DNA of 62,672 nucleotides, taken from a virus. Lineage: Duplodnaviria > Caudoviricetes. The translations under genes and the position numbers were made by a program. Location of the stretch: positions 1 to 62,672 of the IMG/VR virus record IMGVR_UViG_3300037991_004971. One strand, 5' to 3'. Positions 8,197 to 16,439 of the stretch are shown here, in pieces. The stretch's first letter is position 1. Every line of letters starts with the position of its first letter. Under the pieces are notes generated by a model. It was not told the origin of the DNA. It made no database searches and saw only the letters and a program-made list of their open reading frames with translations.

Positions 8197-8280
8197 TTAG
8201 GGGAATGCGCCCCCAAGGAACCCATTGAAGAAAAGAGTCATTGCGGTCCCGATTGTAAGAGTGGCGGCTGTTAGATTCAT
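8197..8280 (-). CDS. Hydrophobic microprotein (27 aa)
   Basis: MNLTAATLTIGTAMTLFFNGFLGGAFP; GAGGA RBS 7 nt upstream, with its own -10 box. Confidence 0.6.
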   Translation of the reverse strand: MNLTAATLTIGTAMTLFFNGFLGGAFP

Positions 8281-8311
8281 AAGTCGTCCTCTAAAGTACA
8301 TAACTATCTAT

Positions 8312-8356
8312 ATTATACTGTATCACTATGATACACTTCTGTATCAATCGCAGCAT
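8312..8356 (-). promoter_or_regulatory. Promoter (TATAAT) with three alternating TGTATCA/TGATACA heptamers; putative operator, NtcA-like
   Basis: TATAAT at 8312-8317 (minus strand); TGTATCA at 8319-25, TGATACA at 8329-35, TGTATCA at 8340-46. Confidence 0.55.
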
Positions 8357-8370
8357 AAATTGGTCAGGAT

Positions 8371-8805
8371 TTAAAGATAATCTTTCCTTTGATGATGTTC
8401 TGGGACAATTTTACCTAGGTCAACGACTAGTAACCCATCCTCAAAAGAAACTGATCGAACTTCCGTTTCATCACTGAGGGTCCAGCACCGTGTGAAAGAT
8501 CGCTGAGCCATTCCTCTATGAACATAATCTCCGATTTCGTCAGAGTCCTCCTTTTGCCCTTCGATGAAGAGCTTTCCATCTTGTGTGTAGACATTTACTT
8601 CTTTCCTCTTAAATCCTGCCAATGCTAGTTCCAAGCGATACTCTATATTACTCAGCTGGACTAGATTGTATGGAGGATAATTTGTGCTGCTCTCATGAAG
8701 AGTCTGAATTCGGTTGAAATAATCTTCCATACCGATACTGTGCCTATTTATACGGTCCATCAATGCAGGCAGGTCCGTACTATGAAACTTCATTAAGTTT
8801 CCCAT
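8371..8805 (-). CDS. hsp20: Small heat shock protein Hsp20 (IbpA-like)
   Basis: YPPYNL...LELALAGF...HRGMAQRSFTR...FEDGLL alpha-crystallin domain. GGAG RBS precedes the ATG at 8805. Confidence 0.96.
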   Translation of the reverse strand: MGNLMKFHSTDLPALMDRINRHSIGMEDYFNRIQTLHESSTNYPPYNLVQLSNIEYRLELALAGFKRKEVNVYTQDGKLFIEGQKEDSDEIGDYVHRGMAQRSFTRCWTLSDETEVRSVSFEDGLLVVDLGKIVPEHHQRKDYL

Positions 8806-8872
8806 GGTTATTAGCTCCTTATAAAGCGAGTTTGTATTGTGTGATCCCCGAAGGCAATCACATATATTTATA
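8806..8872 (-). promoter_or_regulatory. hsp20 late promoter (TATAAATA) and structured 5' UTR with a ROSE-like SD-sequestering hairpin
   Basis: TATAAATA at 8865-72; cUUCGg-capped hairpin at 8841-61; CUCGCUU-UAU-AAGGAG hairpin at 8815-30. Confidence 0.65.
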
Positions 8873-8883
8873 GCACATGACAT

Positions 8884-8907
8884 AAAAAACGGGGTGTTGA
8901 ACCCCGT
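8884..8907 (-). terminator. Rho-independent terminator after regA
   Basis: ACGGGG-TTCAACA-CCCCGT followed by a T-tract. Confidence 0.75.
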
Positions 8908-8914
8908 ACCTTTA

Positions 8915-9355
8915 TTATTCTGTTACTTCTGTTTTCTTTTTCTTGGCACCAATATTATACTTGGTTTCAAGAATCCAATCACCTTTATCTTTATAAGATA
9001 AAACTTTAATCTGATTCAAAGGAGCAATGTCTTGAATCTTATCCGCATTCACAATACCAACTAACCCCCAGTCCGCGAGAAGTTGAGCAATACGATTACG
9101 ACGCTGAACATCGTTAGTAGTAAGATTAGCATGTTTGCCATCTAAAGCAAATAGTTCTTTAAAATGAACTAAGAAATATCTACCCTGTTTGTGTAGAATA
9201 TGACAGGACTGATAAATCTTTTTCTCTTTGCGAGAAGCAACACCAATTCTTGTTAGAGTTTCTCTGACCTTAAGAAAATCATCTGGTTCGTTAAGAGTAA
9301 CTTCAACCATCTTGTCAGGTGCCCATTTAACTTCGGGCTCTTTGACCACACTCAT
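8915..9355 (-). CDS. regA: Translational repressor RegA
   Basis: PDDFLKVRETLTRIGVAS...QSCHILHKQGRY..VHFKEL. Confidence 0.97.
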   Translation of the reverse strand: MSVVKEPEVKWAPDKMVEVTLNEPDDFLKVRETLTRIGVASRKEKKIYQSCHILHKQGRYFLVHFKELFALDGKHANLTTNDVQRRNRIAQLLADWGLVGIVNADKIQDIAPLNQIKVLSYKDKGDWILETKYNIGAKKKKTEVTE

Positions 9356-9732
9356 TGCTTTCCTCCAATATCAAATTTAGATCGTATAAAATTAAGTTGT
9401 TCTTTAGTTAGGATTTTCAAAGCTTGCTGTGCTTTTTCGTTACTATATCCATAGTACCGTTTTACATAATCAAGATCTTTGATTTTATCTTTACGGAGCC
9501 AGGGAGAGAATCTCTTCTTTTTCCTCAAAGTATTTAGATAAAAATCATATTGCATTTTTTTGGGTAGGAAATGATATTGGTTCATTTCGTTTGCAAACAT
9601 AATTGCATCCAAGTGTCCAGAGAAACACCTATTAACAATATACGGAGGATAGTCTTTTTCAACTAAAGGATCTTCATCAATCAAATTATTCTTTGTTTGA
9701 TTAATGCTGTTCAACCAATCTTTCAATTCCAT
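9352..9732 (-). CDS. gp62: Clamp loader small subunit gp62
   Basis: MELKDWLNSIN...YPPYIVNRC...RKKKRFSPW...YYGYS; sits immediately upstream of regA. Confidence 0.95.
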   Translation of the reverse strand: MELKDWLNSINQTKNNLIDEDPLVEKDYPPYIVNRCFSGHLDAIMFANEMNQYHFLPKKMQYDFYLNTLRKKKRFSPWLRKDKIKDLDYVKRYYGYSNEKAQQALKILTKEQLNFIRSKFDIGGKQ

Positions 9733-10214
9733 AATTTATACGCTAGAGAAATCCTTAAACCATTAAAAAATCTAGATGGAGCATCTGCATAATGCAAAAT
9801 GTTACCAGGGAATAATACTGCCCTATTTGGTTTATATGAAACCATTTGACTAGTTTCCATCTCATTTTCCATAAAGATCAAATGACCCTGCCAAGAAGGT
9901 GCCCATTCTTTGTTGGCATAATATAGAAATGTCATATCACCATCATCGAAATGTGGAGTTCCACATTGCATTGCTGTCTGACCATTAGCATATACTCTTT
10001 CAATAGTATATTCTTGACCCAATTTCTTTTGAATTATATCGAACAAATATTCAGCAAAATATGGATCTTCATCTAATCTATCATTGTGCCAAAATATTTC
10101 TGGTTTTTCTGGGATATTACCACTGATCCCCCAACTACCAGTATAGATTCTATCATGTATTTCATGATGAAGATCTTTATCAAAAAAATCATCAAATATT
10201 TTTATTTCGTTCAT
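9723..10214 (-). CDS. 2OG-Fe(II) oxygenase
   Basis: RVYANGQ...PHFD...W...WQG...PNRAVLFPG..LH...RISLAYK. Confidence 0.88.
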   Translation of the reverse strand: MNEIKIFDDFFDKDLHHEIHDRIYTGSWGISGNIPEKPEIFWHNDRLDEDPYFAEYLFDIIQKKLGQEYTIERVYANGQTAMQCGTPHFDDGDMTFLYYANKEWAPSWQGHLIFMENEMETSQMVSYKPNRAVLFPGNILHYADAPSRFFNGLRISLAYKLWN

Positions 10215-10362
10215 CTTCCATTGTTTTATTAGAAATAATAATTCTATTATTAGCGAAATCTGGTTTCATTTCTAAAACATCAGTATGATGCCACATCAAT
10301 TCCTCATATAAAGAATTAAGTCTTGCAATGTCTTGCCAGAGATCATTTACTTCTTCGTTCAT
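10192..10362 (-). CDS. Small hypothetical protein (56 aa)
   Basis: MNEEVNDLWQDIARLNSLYEELMWHHTDVLEMKPDFANNRIIISNKTMEDERNKNI; ATGA overlap with the dam stop. Confidence 0.7.
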   Translation of the reverse strand: MNEEVNDLWQDIARLNSLYEELMWHHTDVLEMKPDFANNRIIISNKTMEDERNKNI

Positions 10363-11210
10363 ACCACAGACTCCGCCAACTTATAGTTGAACAGTAGTAG
10401 TTCTTTTCGATCTTGCTGTTCACGCATATAATCACCAACAGATCTCATAGTATATGTTAGATCAAATTCACCAACACTCCAATTAGTAAATCGATCTTTA
10501 ACTAATTGATCTGAGTTGTAACTAATCAACATATCTATATTGCGATGAGATTCACAATCTTCAGCAAATTTATCATGGTCAAAACGCTTGTGCATAGATC
10601 CTTTATGTCCATATAAATTATCTTTAATATCATATGGTGGATCTAGGTAGAGAAAAACTCCATCATGAATATCATTCTCCATCAAATATTCATAAGAATA
10701 CTGATTAATATTCCAGTTCTGGATTATTTGTCCATACCAGGGGAGTTTGTCAATGCCTCGCATTGAGAAGTTGGATTCACTTGCTTGTTTGGAGAAGGAA
10801 GAAGATTCGGTAAGACCAGAAAAACTGCACTTATTAACGATATAAAAAGCCACAGCTCTATCCAGGTCAGTTTTTTCTCGGTCATTGATAATCTCCTTTG
10901 CTTCTAAGAATAACCCTCTTGCAGACGCTGGTTCGGGATGCCTGTACTTTAGTTGTACAAGTTCATCTCGCATTTCTCTACCAAACTGTTGAAGATTAAT
11001 CCAAAAGTTGGTAAGTGGTTCATAAAGATCATTTACCCAAATTTTTAGATGTGGATACATTTTAGTTACATGAATTGCAACACTTCCACCACCTAAGAAT
11101 GGTTCACGAAATTCAGAATATTCCCTTAAGTCAGGGAAATACTGTCCCATTTTAGTGCAAGCACGGGATTTACCGCCTGGGTAGCGTAATGGTGTTTTCA
11201 GGGATTTCAT
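10359..11210 (-). CDS. dam: DNA adenine methyltransferase (D12 class, Dam-like)
   Basis: LRYPGGKS, EPFLGGGSV (motif I), YLDPPY (motif IV). Confidence 0.95.
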   Translation of the reverse strand: MKSLKTPLRYPGGKSRACTKMGQYFPDLREYSEFREPFLGGGSVAIHVTKMYPHLKIWVNDLYEPLTNFWINLQQFGREMRDELVQLKYRHPEPASARGLFLEAKEIINDREKTDLDRAVAFYIVNKCSFSGLTESSSFSKQASESNFSMRGIDKLPWYGQIIQNWNINQYSYEYLMENDIHDGVFLYLDPPYDIKDNLYGHKGSMHKRFDHDKFAEDCESHRNIDMLISYNSDQLVKDRFTNWSVGEFDLTYTMRSVGDYMREQQDRKELLLFNYKLAESVV

Positions 11211-11370
11211 AATCAGGTTCGTTATATTTCAAATATTCCCAAAAGGTCAATTTCATTTCCTTATTGGTCATGCCACAGTGAGCAGCAGCGGCAGGTAAAT
11301 TCATTGTAGCACGGAATAGTGCGTCATTTGCCTCTTTAACATTCTGTGGAGTGGTCTTTACTTTTTTCAT
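11170..11370 (-). CDS. Conserved cyanophage hypothetical protein (possible HTH)
   Basis: MNLPAAAAHCGMTNKEMK is a helix-turn-helix-like segment; coupled to its neighbours. Confidence 0.7.
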   Translation of the reverse strand: MKKVKTTPQNVKEANDALFRATMNLPAAAAHCGMTNKEMKLTFWEYLKYNEPDYEIPENTITLPRR

Positions 11371-11936
11371 TATGAATATGTAAATACTAAAACAATTCTT
11401 CTCTGCTGAGGTGCTGGTTGCCCTACAGAATGATATAAACCTGGAAATGTGACTATATCATCTTCCACTGGTTTATATGACTGTTGGAAACCATCGTCAT
11501 CAATAACAGTAATCTCACCTTCATCAAAACTATTAAGGTATATAATCACATTATTGTGATTTATATCATGATGATCTTTATGAGGAGGACCAGGTTTTCC
11601 ATCCCAATGGTGAGTTTGATTTATGACACACCTATGAATCTGAGTAAATTTTTTAGCATTATGCTTTAGAACATCATAAACATAGTGTAGAACCAATTGA
11701 GCATGTTCTGATGGAACAATAGGAACTATTTGCTTATCAAAAGTATCTACACCATATACAACAACATGTTGGTATATTGGAAAAGGTGTATATTTCTCAG
11801 AATCAGGATTATATTTTGGATTTGTAGATCCTTTATAATTCCAGGTGAATGTTCGACCATGAACTAATTCTTTTAATTCATAATACTCTGGAGTTTTAGG
11901 ATTCTCCCAGAGTTCAATAATATTTTCCACGATCAA
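11370..11936 (-). CDS. 2OG-Fe(II) oxygenase
   Basis: PHKD...IIYLN...P.ED..V.FPGLYH...RRIVLVFT. Confidence 0.82.
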   Translation of the reverse strand: MIVENIIELWENPKTPEYYELKELVHGRTFTWNYKGSTNPKYNPDSEKYTPFPIYQHVVVYGVDTFDKQIVPIVPSEHAQLVLHYVYDVLKHNAKKFTQIHRCVINQTHHWDGKPGPPHKDHHDINHNNVIIYLNSFDEGEITVIDDDGFQQSYKPVEDDIVTFPGLYHSVGQPAPQQRRIVLVFTYS

Positions 11937-12111
11937 GTAAACATTCCCTTTCTACATCTACACTATCTAGGACTCTATGCACAGCCCCTGCCATTGATCT
12001 GAATCCATTGCCAACATAAATTTGTCCAGCAACTACAGCAATGGTAGCAGCTCCCCAAAAGACATAGTACCAGCGAGACTTAACTTGAGCTCTTACTTTG
12101 AGTTCTTTCAT
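11914..12111 (-). CDS. Single-TM hypothetical protein
   Basis: WYYVFWGAATIAVVAGQIYVG hydrophobic segment. Confidence 0.7.
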   Translation of the reverse strand: MKELKVRAQVKSRWYYVFWGAATIAVVAGQIYVGNGFRSMAGAVHRVLDSVDVERECLLDRGKYY

Positions 12112-12425
12112 AGGATCAACTTCTTCTCTTCAGGTTTGATAATTTTCTTTACACCAAACATTTCTTCATATCTGTCTACAACACCAGGATCTGCAGGAAT
12201 ATTATAAACAATAAATTGTTTTCGTACAGGAATCTCTGGGTGATCCTTATCAATCACAGTTGCCCATGGTGCAAACCCAACCTGCTGTGCTGTAGGCAGA
12301 ACAACAAGTGCATTCTGGACTGTAATTGTATCTTCTGTTTCAGAGACTACATCTGCAAGAACTTCCTCACCAGTGGTGATTCGTAGTAGTCGTACATTCA
12401 TTTCACTCATGTTATCGTTTGTCAT
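12108..12425 (-). CDS. Conserved hypothetical protein, possible Sm-like fold
   Basis: LLRITTGEEVLADV...GFAPW; usual position after gp44. Confidence 0.8.
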   Translation of the reverse strand: MTNDNMSEMNVRLLRITTGEEVLADVVSETEDTITVQNALVVLPTAQQVGFAPWATVIDKDHPEIPVRKQFIVYNIPADPGVVDRYEEMFGVKKIIKPEEKKLIL

Positions 12426-12889
12426 TTGAATTCATACTCCTTGTGATGATTTGAATTTTGTTTAGGTGTTACATATCGAAGATTTTCTAGTCTATTATCT
12501 AACTTATCACCATTGATATGATCAATAAAATTAGTAGCACGAATCCATTCTTTTGCAGATTCTGGACACTTATCCCAATCTTCTTTAGGAATTGGTGGAC
12601 ACTCATCTATCGGTTTCCAGGATTCTATTACTGCTCTATGGACAATAATTGGAATCCTACAAGTATTTTTTTGATTAACAGTTTGATTATAACGATATTT
12701 AAACTGAGATGCAGGGACATTTGCATGAGTTGCTAGATATTTTTTTTGACTAGCAGACTTGTGTAGTTTCAAGAATCTACTAGATTTGTTGCTATAAATT
12801 TTTCCAGTATCTGTGACATAATAATTTTCAATTATTTTACCAAATCTGACTAAAGGTTTAAATTTATATTCTCCAAAAACATCAATCAT
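12422..12889 (-). mobile_element. Free-standing HNH homing endonuclease gene flanked by a 19-nt direct repeat
   Basis: NUMOD4-like NYYVTDTGKIYS; VHRAV...IDHINGDKLDNRLENLRYVTPKQN (HNH_3). Flanks are GGAGT(A/G)TGAATTCAAATGA at 12422-40 and 12886-904. Confidence 0.9.
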
Positions 12890-13827
12890 TTGAATTCACA
12901 CTCCACCATAATTTCAGTTAGGCAGGCAAGCATATTAATCTCCTGATCTGCTACGAATGCAGCTTGATACTGATACTTAGCAATAATAAGCACAGCAGCA
13001 GGAATGCTAGCGTTGGTAAGGGATGCATATAGAGCATCGTAAATACCACGGAGAAGTACAGTAGTATCGTTGTCCAAATTAGAAACGATCCACTTACGAA
13101 CCTCCGCAAAGTTTTTCTGTTTAAGGTTCTTGACAAGTTCATTAGTTTTTACATCAGAAAAGTGAGCAAGAATGCCACTATCAATATTACCACTAACAGA
13201 ATACCGTTGACATTCATTCAGAACACGACGCCAATCTGGAAAGTGTTTATTGATAAGTTCCGCTAGAACTTTAGGTTCATAGGTAATTCTTTCTTCATCA
13301 AGAATATCACTAAGTCGTTTAAAGAACTGAGCTGCAATTGCTTGTTTCTGTTTACCGTTTACTGAAAATTCAATGACGGCACAACGACTGTGCAGTGGTT
13401 CGATAATTTTGTTCCTGTAATTACAGGTAAAAATAAATCGACAGTTTCGACTAAACTCCTCAATAGAGGCTCTAAGTAAGAGTTGTACATCGGGAGTTGT
13501 GTTATCTGCCTCATCGATAATGATGACTTTGTGCTTTGCTTCTGAGGTAAGAGATACTGTTGAAGCAAAGTTTTTGGCAGAGTTTCGGACTGTATCCAGG
13601 AATCTACCCTCATCTGATCCGTTGATGACATAAAAATCTGCTCCTAGTTCATTACACAGCGCCTTTGCTACTGTGGTTTTACCGATTCCTGGAGGACCAG
13701 ATAGTAGCATGTTAGGGATCTCTCCCCTTTTCAGAAAGTCTGAAAATGTTTTTTTAATACCCTCAGGAAGGATACATTCATCAATACTTTTAGGTCGATA
13801 CTTTTCAACCCAAATAAAATCACTCAT
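12886..13827 (-). CDS. gp44: Clamp loader large subunit gp44 (AAA+)
   Basis: WVEKYRP, GPPGIGKT, IIDEAD, PLHSRC. Start MSDFIW at 13827. Confidence 0.97.
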   Translation of the reverse strand: MSDFIWVEKYRPKSIDECILPEGIKKTFSDFLKRGEIPNMLLSGPPGIGKTTVAKALCNELGADFYVINGSDEGRFLDTVRNSAKNFASTVSLTSEAKHKVIIIDEADNTTPDVQLLLRASIEEFSRNCRFIFTCNYRNKIIEPLHSRCAVIEFSVNGKQKQAIAAQFFKRLSDILDEERITYEPKVLAELINKHFPDWRRVLNECQRYSVSGNIDSGILAHFSDVKTNELVKNLKQKNFAEVRKWIVSNLDNDTTVLLRGIYDALYASLTNASIPAAVLIIAKYQYQAAFVADQEINMLACLTEIMVECEFK

Positions 13828-14383
13828 AATTATAGATTGGATCAATTGGTTTTGTAAGATTTAAATTTACATCACCAAGATTAACATTGATTGCAACAGA
13901 AGTTTTTCTTCTATCACTTTTTAAAAGAGGTGATCGATGTATGATGTAAGAAGGAAATACTAATATATCACCTTCATCAACATCGAGTTGAAATACCTCA
14001 TTCCTTTCGGTATCAATAAATTCAGTAGAATACCTAGGATCATCTAATTCTAGCATATAAGATAATGAAATGCTAGATTGACCATGAAAATGCCAACCAT
14101 GAAAGTCATTAGTAGTATATTGTTGAAACCAAACTTTGGATACATCCATAGTTGATGCCCAATACTTATTGCAAATTAGTTTCCACAGATCATCTAAAGA
14201 ATTTGCTAGATATGGAAAATAGTCTGGAAATCCAGACTCAAAAGTATAATCGTAAAAATCAGTTTTAGTAACTGGATCTGGGCATTCACCAACTTGATCA
14301 TATTGATCGATTGAAGAGAGAATATACTCTTTCAACTGTAAATGGTTAGGTACTGAATATACCCAAACTAGATCTTTACTCAT
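13820..14383 (-). CDS. 2OG-Fe(II) oxygenase (TIGR02466-like)
   Basis: WFQQY...HGWHFH...EGDILVFPSY..H...KTSVAIN. Confidence 0.82.
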   Translation of the reverse strand: MSKDLVWVYSVPNHLQLKEYILSSIDQYDQVGECPDPVTKTDFYDYTFESGFPDYFPYLANSLDDLWKLICNKYWASTMDVSKVWFQQYTTNDFHGWHFHGQSSISLSYMLELDDPRYSTEFIDTERNEVFQLDVDEGDILVFPSYIIHRSPLLKSDRRKTSVAINVNLGDVNLNLTKPIDPIYNYE

Positions 14384-14532
14384 TTTCTCCTAGCGTTTCC
14401 GCATCGTTTAGCACTTGGATATTGTGCTTCAAATACCTTATTGGCATAAGGTTGCGAATCTGCCTCAACAAGTGCTTTATGGTATTTTGCACCCGTAGTA
14501 GGCAGTCTATATGTCACTTCCCAGGTTGCCAT
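14380..14532 (-). CDS. Small hypothetical protein (50 aa)
   Basis: MATWEVTYRLPTTGAKYHKALVEA...; ATG lies just after the gp45 stop. Confidence 0.65.
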   Translation of the reverse strand: MATWEVTYRLPTTGAKYHKALVEADSQPYANKVFEAQYPSAKRCGNARRK

Positions 14533-14533
14533 A

Positions 14534-15199
14534 TCAACCGAAAGTGCTATCTGGTTCCAGTGCAATATAATACTTCAGATTATATGTGCTATTAGTAAAC
14601 TCAGATAGTAGTTTAGATGAAACTACGACATCATAGGATCCAGGAATGATCTTAATATTTTCTACTTTGAAGTTGAAAGTAAACTCCTTATCAGTTTCAC
14701 CAACAATAATAGAGAAGTCGTTAGATGTATCGTTTTTCTTATCACGAACAACTAGTTTGACAACTCCTGCTTCACCAACAACACACAAATCAGGTAGTTG
14801 ATATACTGCCGCTGCTTTGAGTAGTTTATCAAGAGAACTACTTTCTAGTTGAAAGTGAACATCTTCTGAAGGAAGATTGATCTGCTTATCGGGAGGAGAA
14901 ATAATCACCTGAGGATCTGCATAAAAGTATTTGACCTTACGCTTACCTTCACGGATAGTTAGATAAGAATCTTCTGTAAAATCCATATCAGGATCTTGGT
15001 GAAGACTTAGACCATTAAGAAATTGATTTAGATCATAGATTCCAAATTCGCGAGGAAACTCTTCATCAATATTTGCTTCTGCAAGAATATTCTTAGCAAC
15101 AGAAATAGTACGGAGTTGAGTACCTTCTTTTACTAGAATAGAATTATTAATACCAGCAAAGTTCTTTAGAACAGTGAGGGTCTTATCGGACAGCTTCAT
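14534..15199 (-). CDS. gp45: Sliding clamp gp45
   Basis: MKLSDKTLTVLKNFAGINNSI...FGIYDLNQFL...YYIALE. Confidence 0.96.
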   Translation of the reverse strand: MKLSDKTLTVLKNFAGINNSILVKEGTQLRTISVAKNILAEANIDEEFPREFGIYDLNQFLNGLSLHQDPDMDFTEDSYLTIREGKRKVKYFYADPQVIISPPDKQINLPSEDVHFQLESSSLDKLLKAAAVYQLPDLCVVGEAGVVKLVVRDKKNDTSNDFSIIVGETDKEFTFNFKVENIKIIPGSYDVVVSSKLLSEFTNSTYNLKYYIALEPDSTFG

Positions 15200-15220
15200 T
15201 TTATTTGAATTCAATTTTGA

Positions 15221-15733
15221 TCACTGAGGGTAGGTTTCGCGTTTTGCGTTTTTATCATTGAAGTGCATCAGGAGAACTGCGTAATGCAGGATCTTCATGA
15301 TATCACGACGAGCAGTGCCTTTCTTATCATAACGAGAGGCATACTTGAGGATGTTACTGCGGCAGAAGGATTCACCATCACCACATGCTTCAATCAGATC
15401 AAGTGTTTGAATTTTATCATCACCAGCAGAGTAATGCTGGTTGTATGTGCCAGTAATATAATCCTTTAGCTCTTTAAGAATTACATCCTCACTATACTTG
15501 TACTTATTCAGTTTGCTTTTTTCTTCTGTATTCAAGTCAAAAGAGAGATAGTTTGAGGGAATTTCTGCACATGTAAAACTATCATAGGTTGCAGAATAAT
15601 CAACACCATCAAGAGTAATCGTATCACTACTCACAGGAGCAGGGACAGGATAAGTATCTGAAAGATTGATATTAGAAAGATCAAGTTCGTCCATTTTCAA
15701 TTCATCGTAAAGGAAACTCCAAGCATTAGTCAT
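15221..15733 (-). CDS. DUF3310/SaV-like protein (start may be 15694)
   Basis: QHYS...IQTLDLIEA...FCRSNILKYASRYDKKG...DIMKILHY. Confidence 0.75.
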   Translation of the reverse strand: MTNAWSFLYDELKMDELDLSNINLSDTYPVPAPVSSDTITLDGVDYSATYDSFTCAEIPSNYLSFDLNTEEKSKLNKYKYSEDVILKELKDYITGTYNQHYSAGDDKIQTLDLIEACGDGESFCRSNILKYASRYDKKGTARRDIMKILHYAVLLMHFNDKNAKRETYPQ

Positions 15734-15760
15734 TATATCAAGTTAGAAATGTTTAGTCAA
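15732..15760 (-). promoter_or_regulatory. Sigma70-type early promoter
   Basis: TTGACT-N17-TATAAT on the minus strand. Confidence 0.75.
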
Positions 15761-15761
15761 G

Positions 15762-16439
15762 TTAGTAATTAACGAAATGATCACTCTGAGGTAGATCACT
15801 ACCATTAACTTTAGCATACATTACATTGAAAGACATGCTGATTCTTTCAATGCCCTCAGTTGAAAAGGGATAAACCATGTGCCATAAATGTGCGGGGAAC
15901 ATATAAAGATATTGTGATTTAGGGCGAATAAGAAAATGCTGATCCCCATGAATAAACTCCAAACACCCAGCGGCACCAGAGTGAAATTCTTTCCTCTCAG
16001 TAGAAATCTCATCTGGAATGTCAATGAAGATAATTCCACTAACAATTCCAGAGTGATTATGCATAGGATTGAACTCACCAGGTTTTTGAAAATTAACCCA
16101 AGGTCCTGGACCTAGATTATATTCAACTTCCATTTTAGATACATCTGGAGGTTCATCATAATATTCACCAGGACTAACAAATTTAACTCTTTCATTGTGA
16201 GAATATGCCCTACCTTGCAGATACCTGAGAAAAATAGGATCTAAGAACTTATGAAATTCTTTGGGAGGATAAGCTTCCCCCCTGCGCTGAACATCAATGT
16301 TTCCAATAAGAGTGTCTCCTGCATCAGAAGCATCTCTTGATTTATCCAATCCATCAATCAAATATTGATGAAACTCATCGGAAATCTTTGTTTTATAAAC
16401 AAGAGGTCCATATGGATGGATAAATTGCTCATCACTCAT
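15762..16439 (-). CDS. 2OG-Fe(II) oxygenase (TIGR02466-like)
   Basis: WVNFQKPGEFNPMHNH...G.LEF...FPAHLWH.VYPF...RISMSFN. Confidence 0.88.
   Translation of the reverse strand: MSDEQFIHPYGPLVYKTKISDEFHQYLIDGLDKSRDASDAGDTLIGNIDVQRRGEAYPPKEFHKFLDPIFLRYLQGRAYSHNERVKFVSPGEYYDEPPDVSKMEVEYNLGPGPWVNFQKPGEFNPMHNHSGIVSGIIFIDIPDEISTERKEFHSGAAGCLEFIHGDQHFLIRPKSQYLYMFPAHLWHMVYPFSTEGIERISMSFNVMYAKVNGSDLPQSDHFVNY

Noticed and set aside
5605-8280. Microproteins as NdhQ, Hli or other named photosynthesis subunits
   Set aside because: They lack the NdhQ (KFDGAD...WWAL) and Hli (ExxNGRxAM) signatures, so they were left as hypothetical.
8806-8883. N-terminal extension of Hsp20 given in the ORF track
   Set aside because: It spans the late promoter and structured UTR; the GGAG RBS supports the ATG at 8805.
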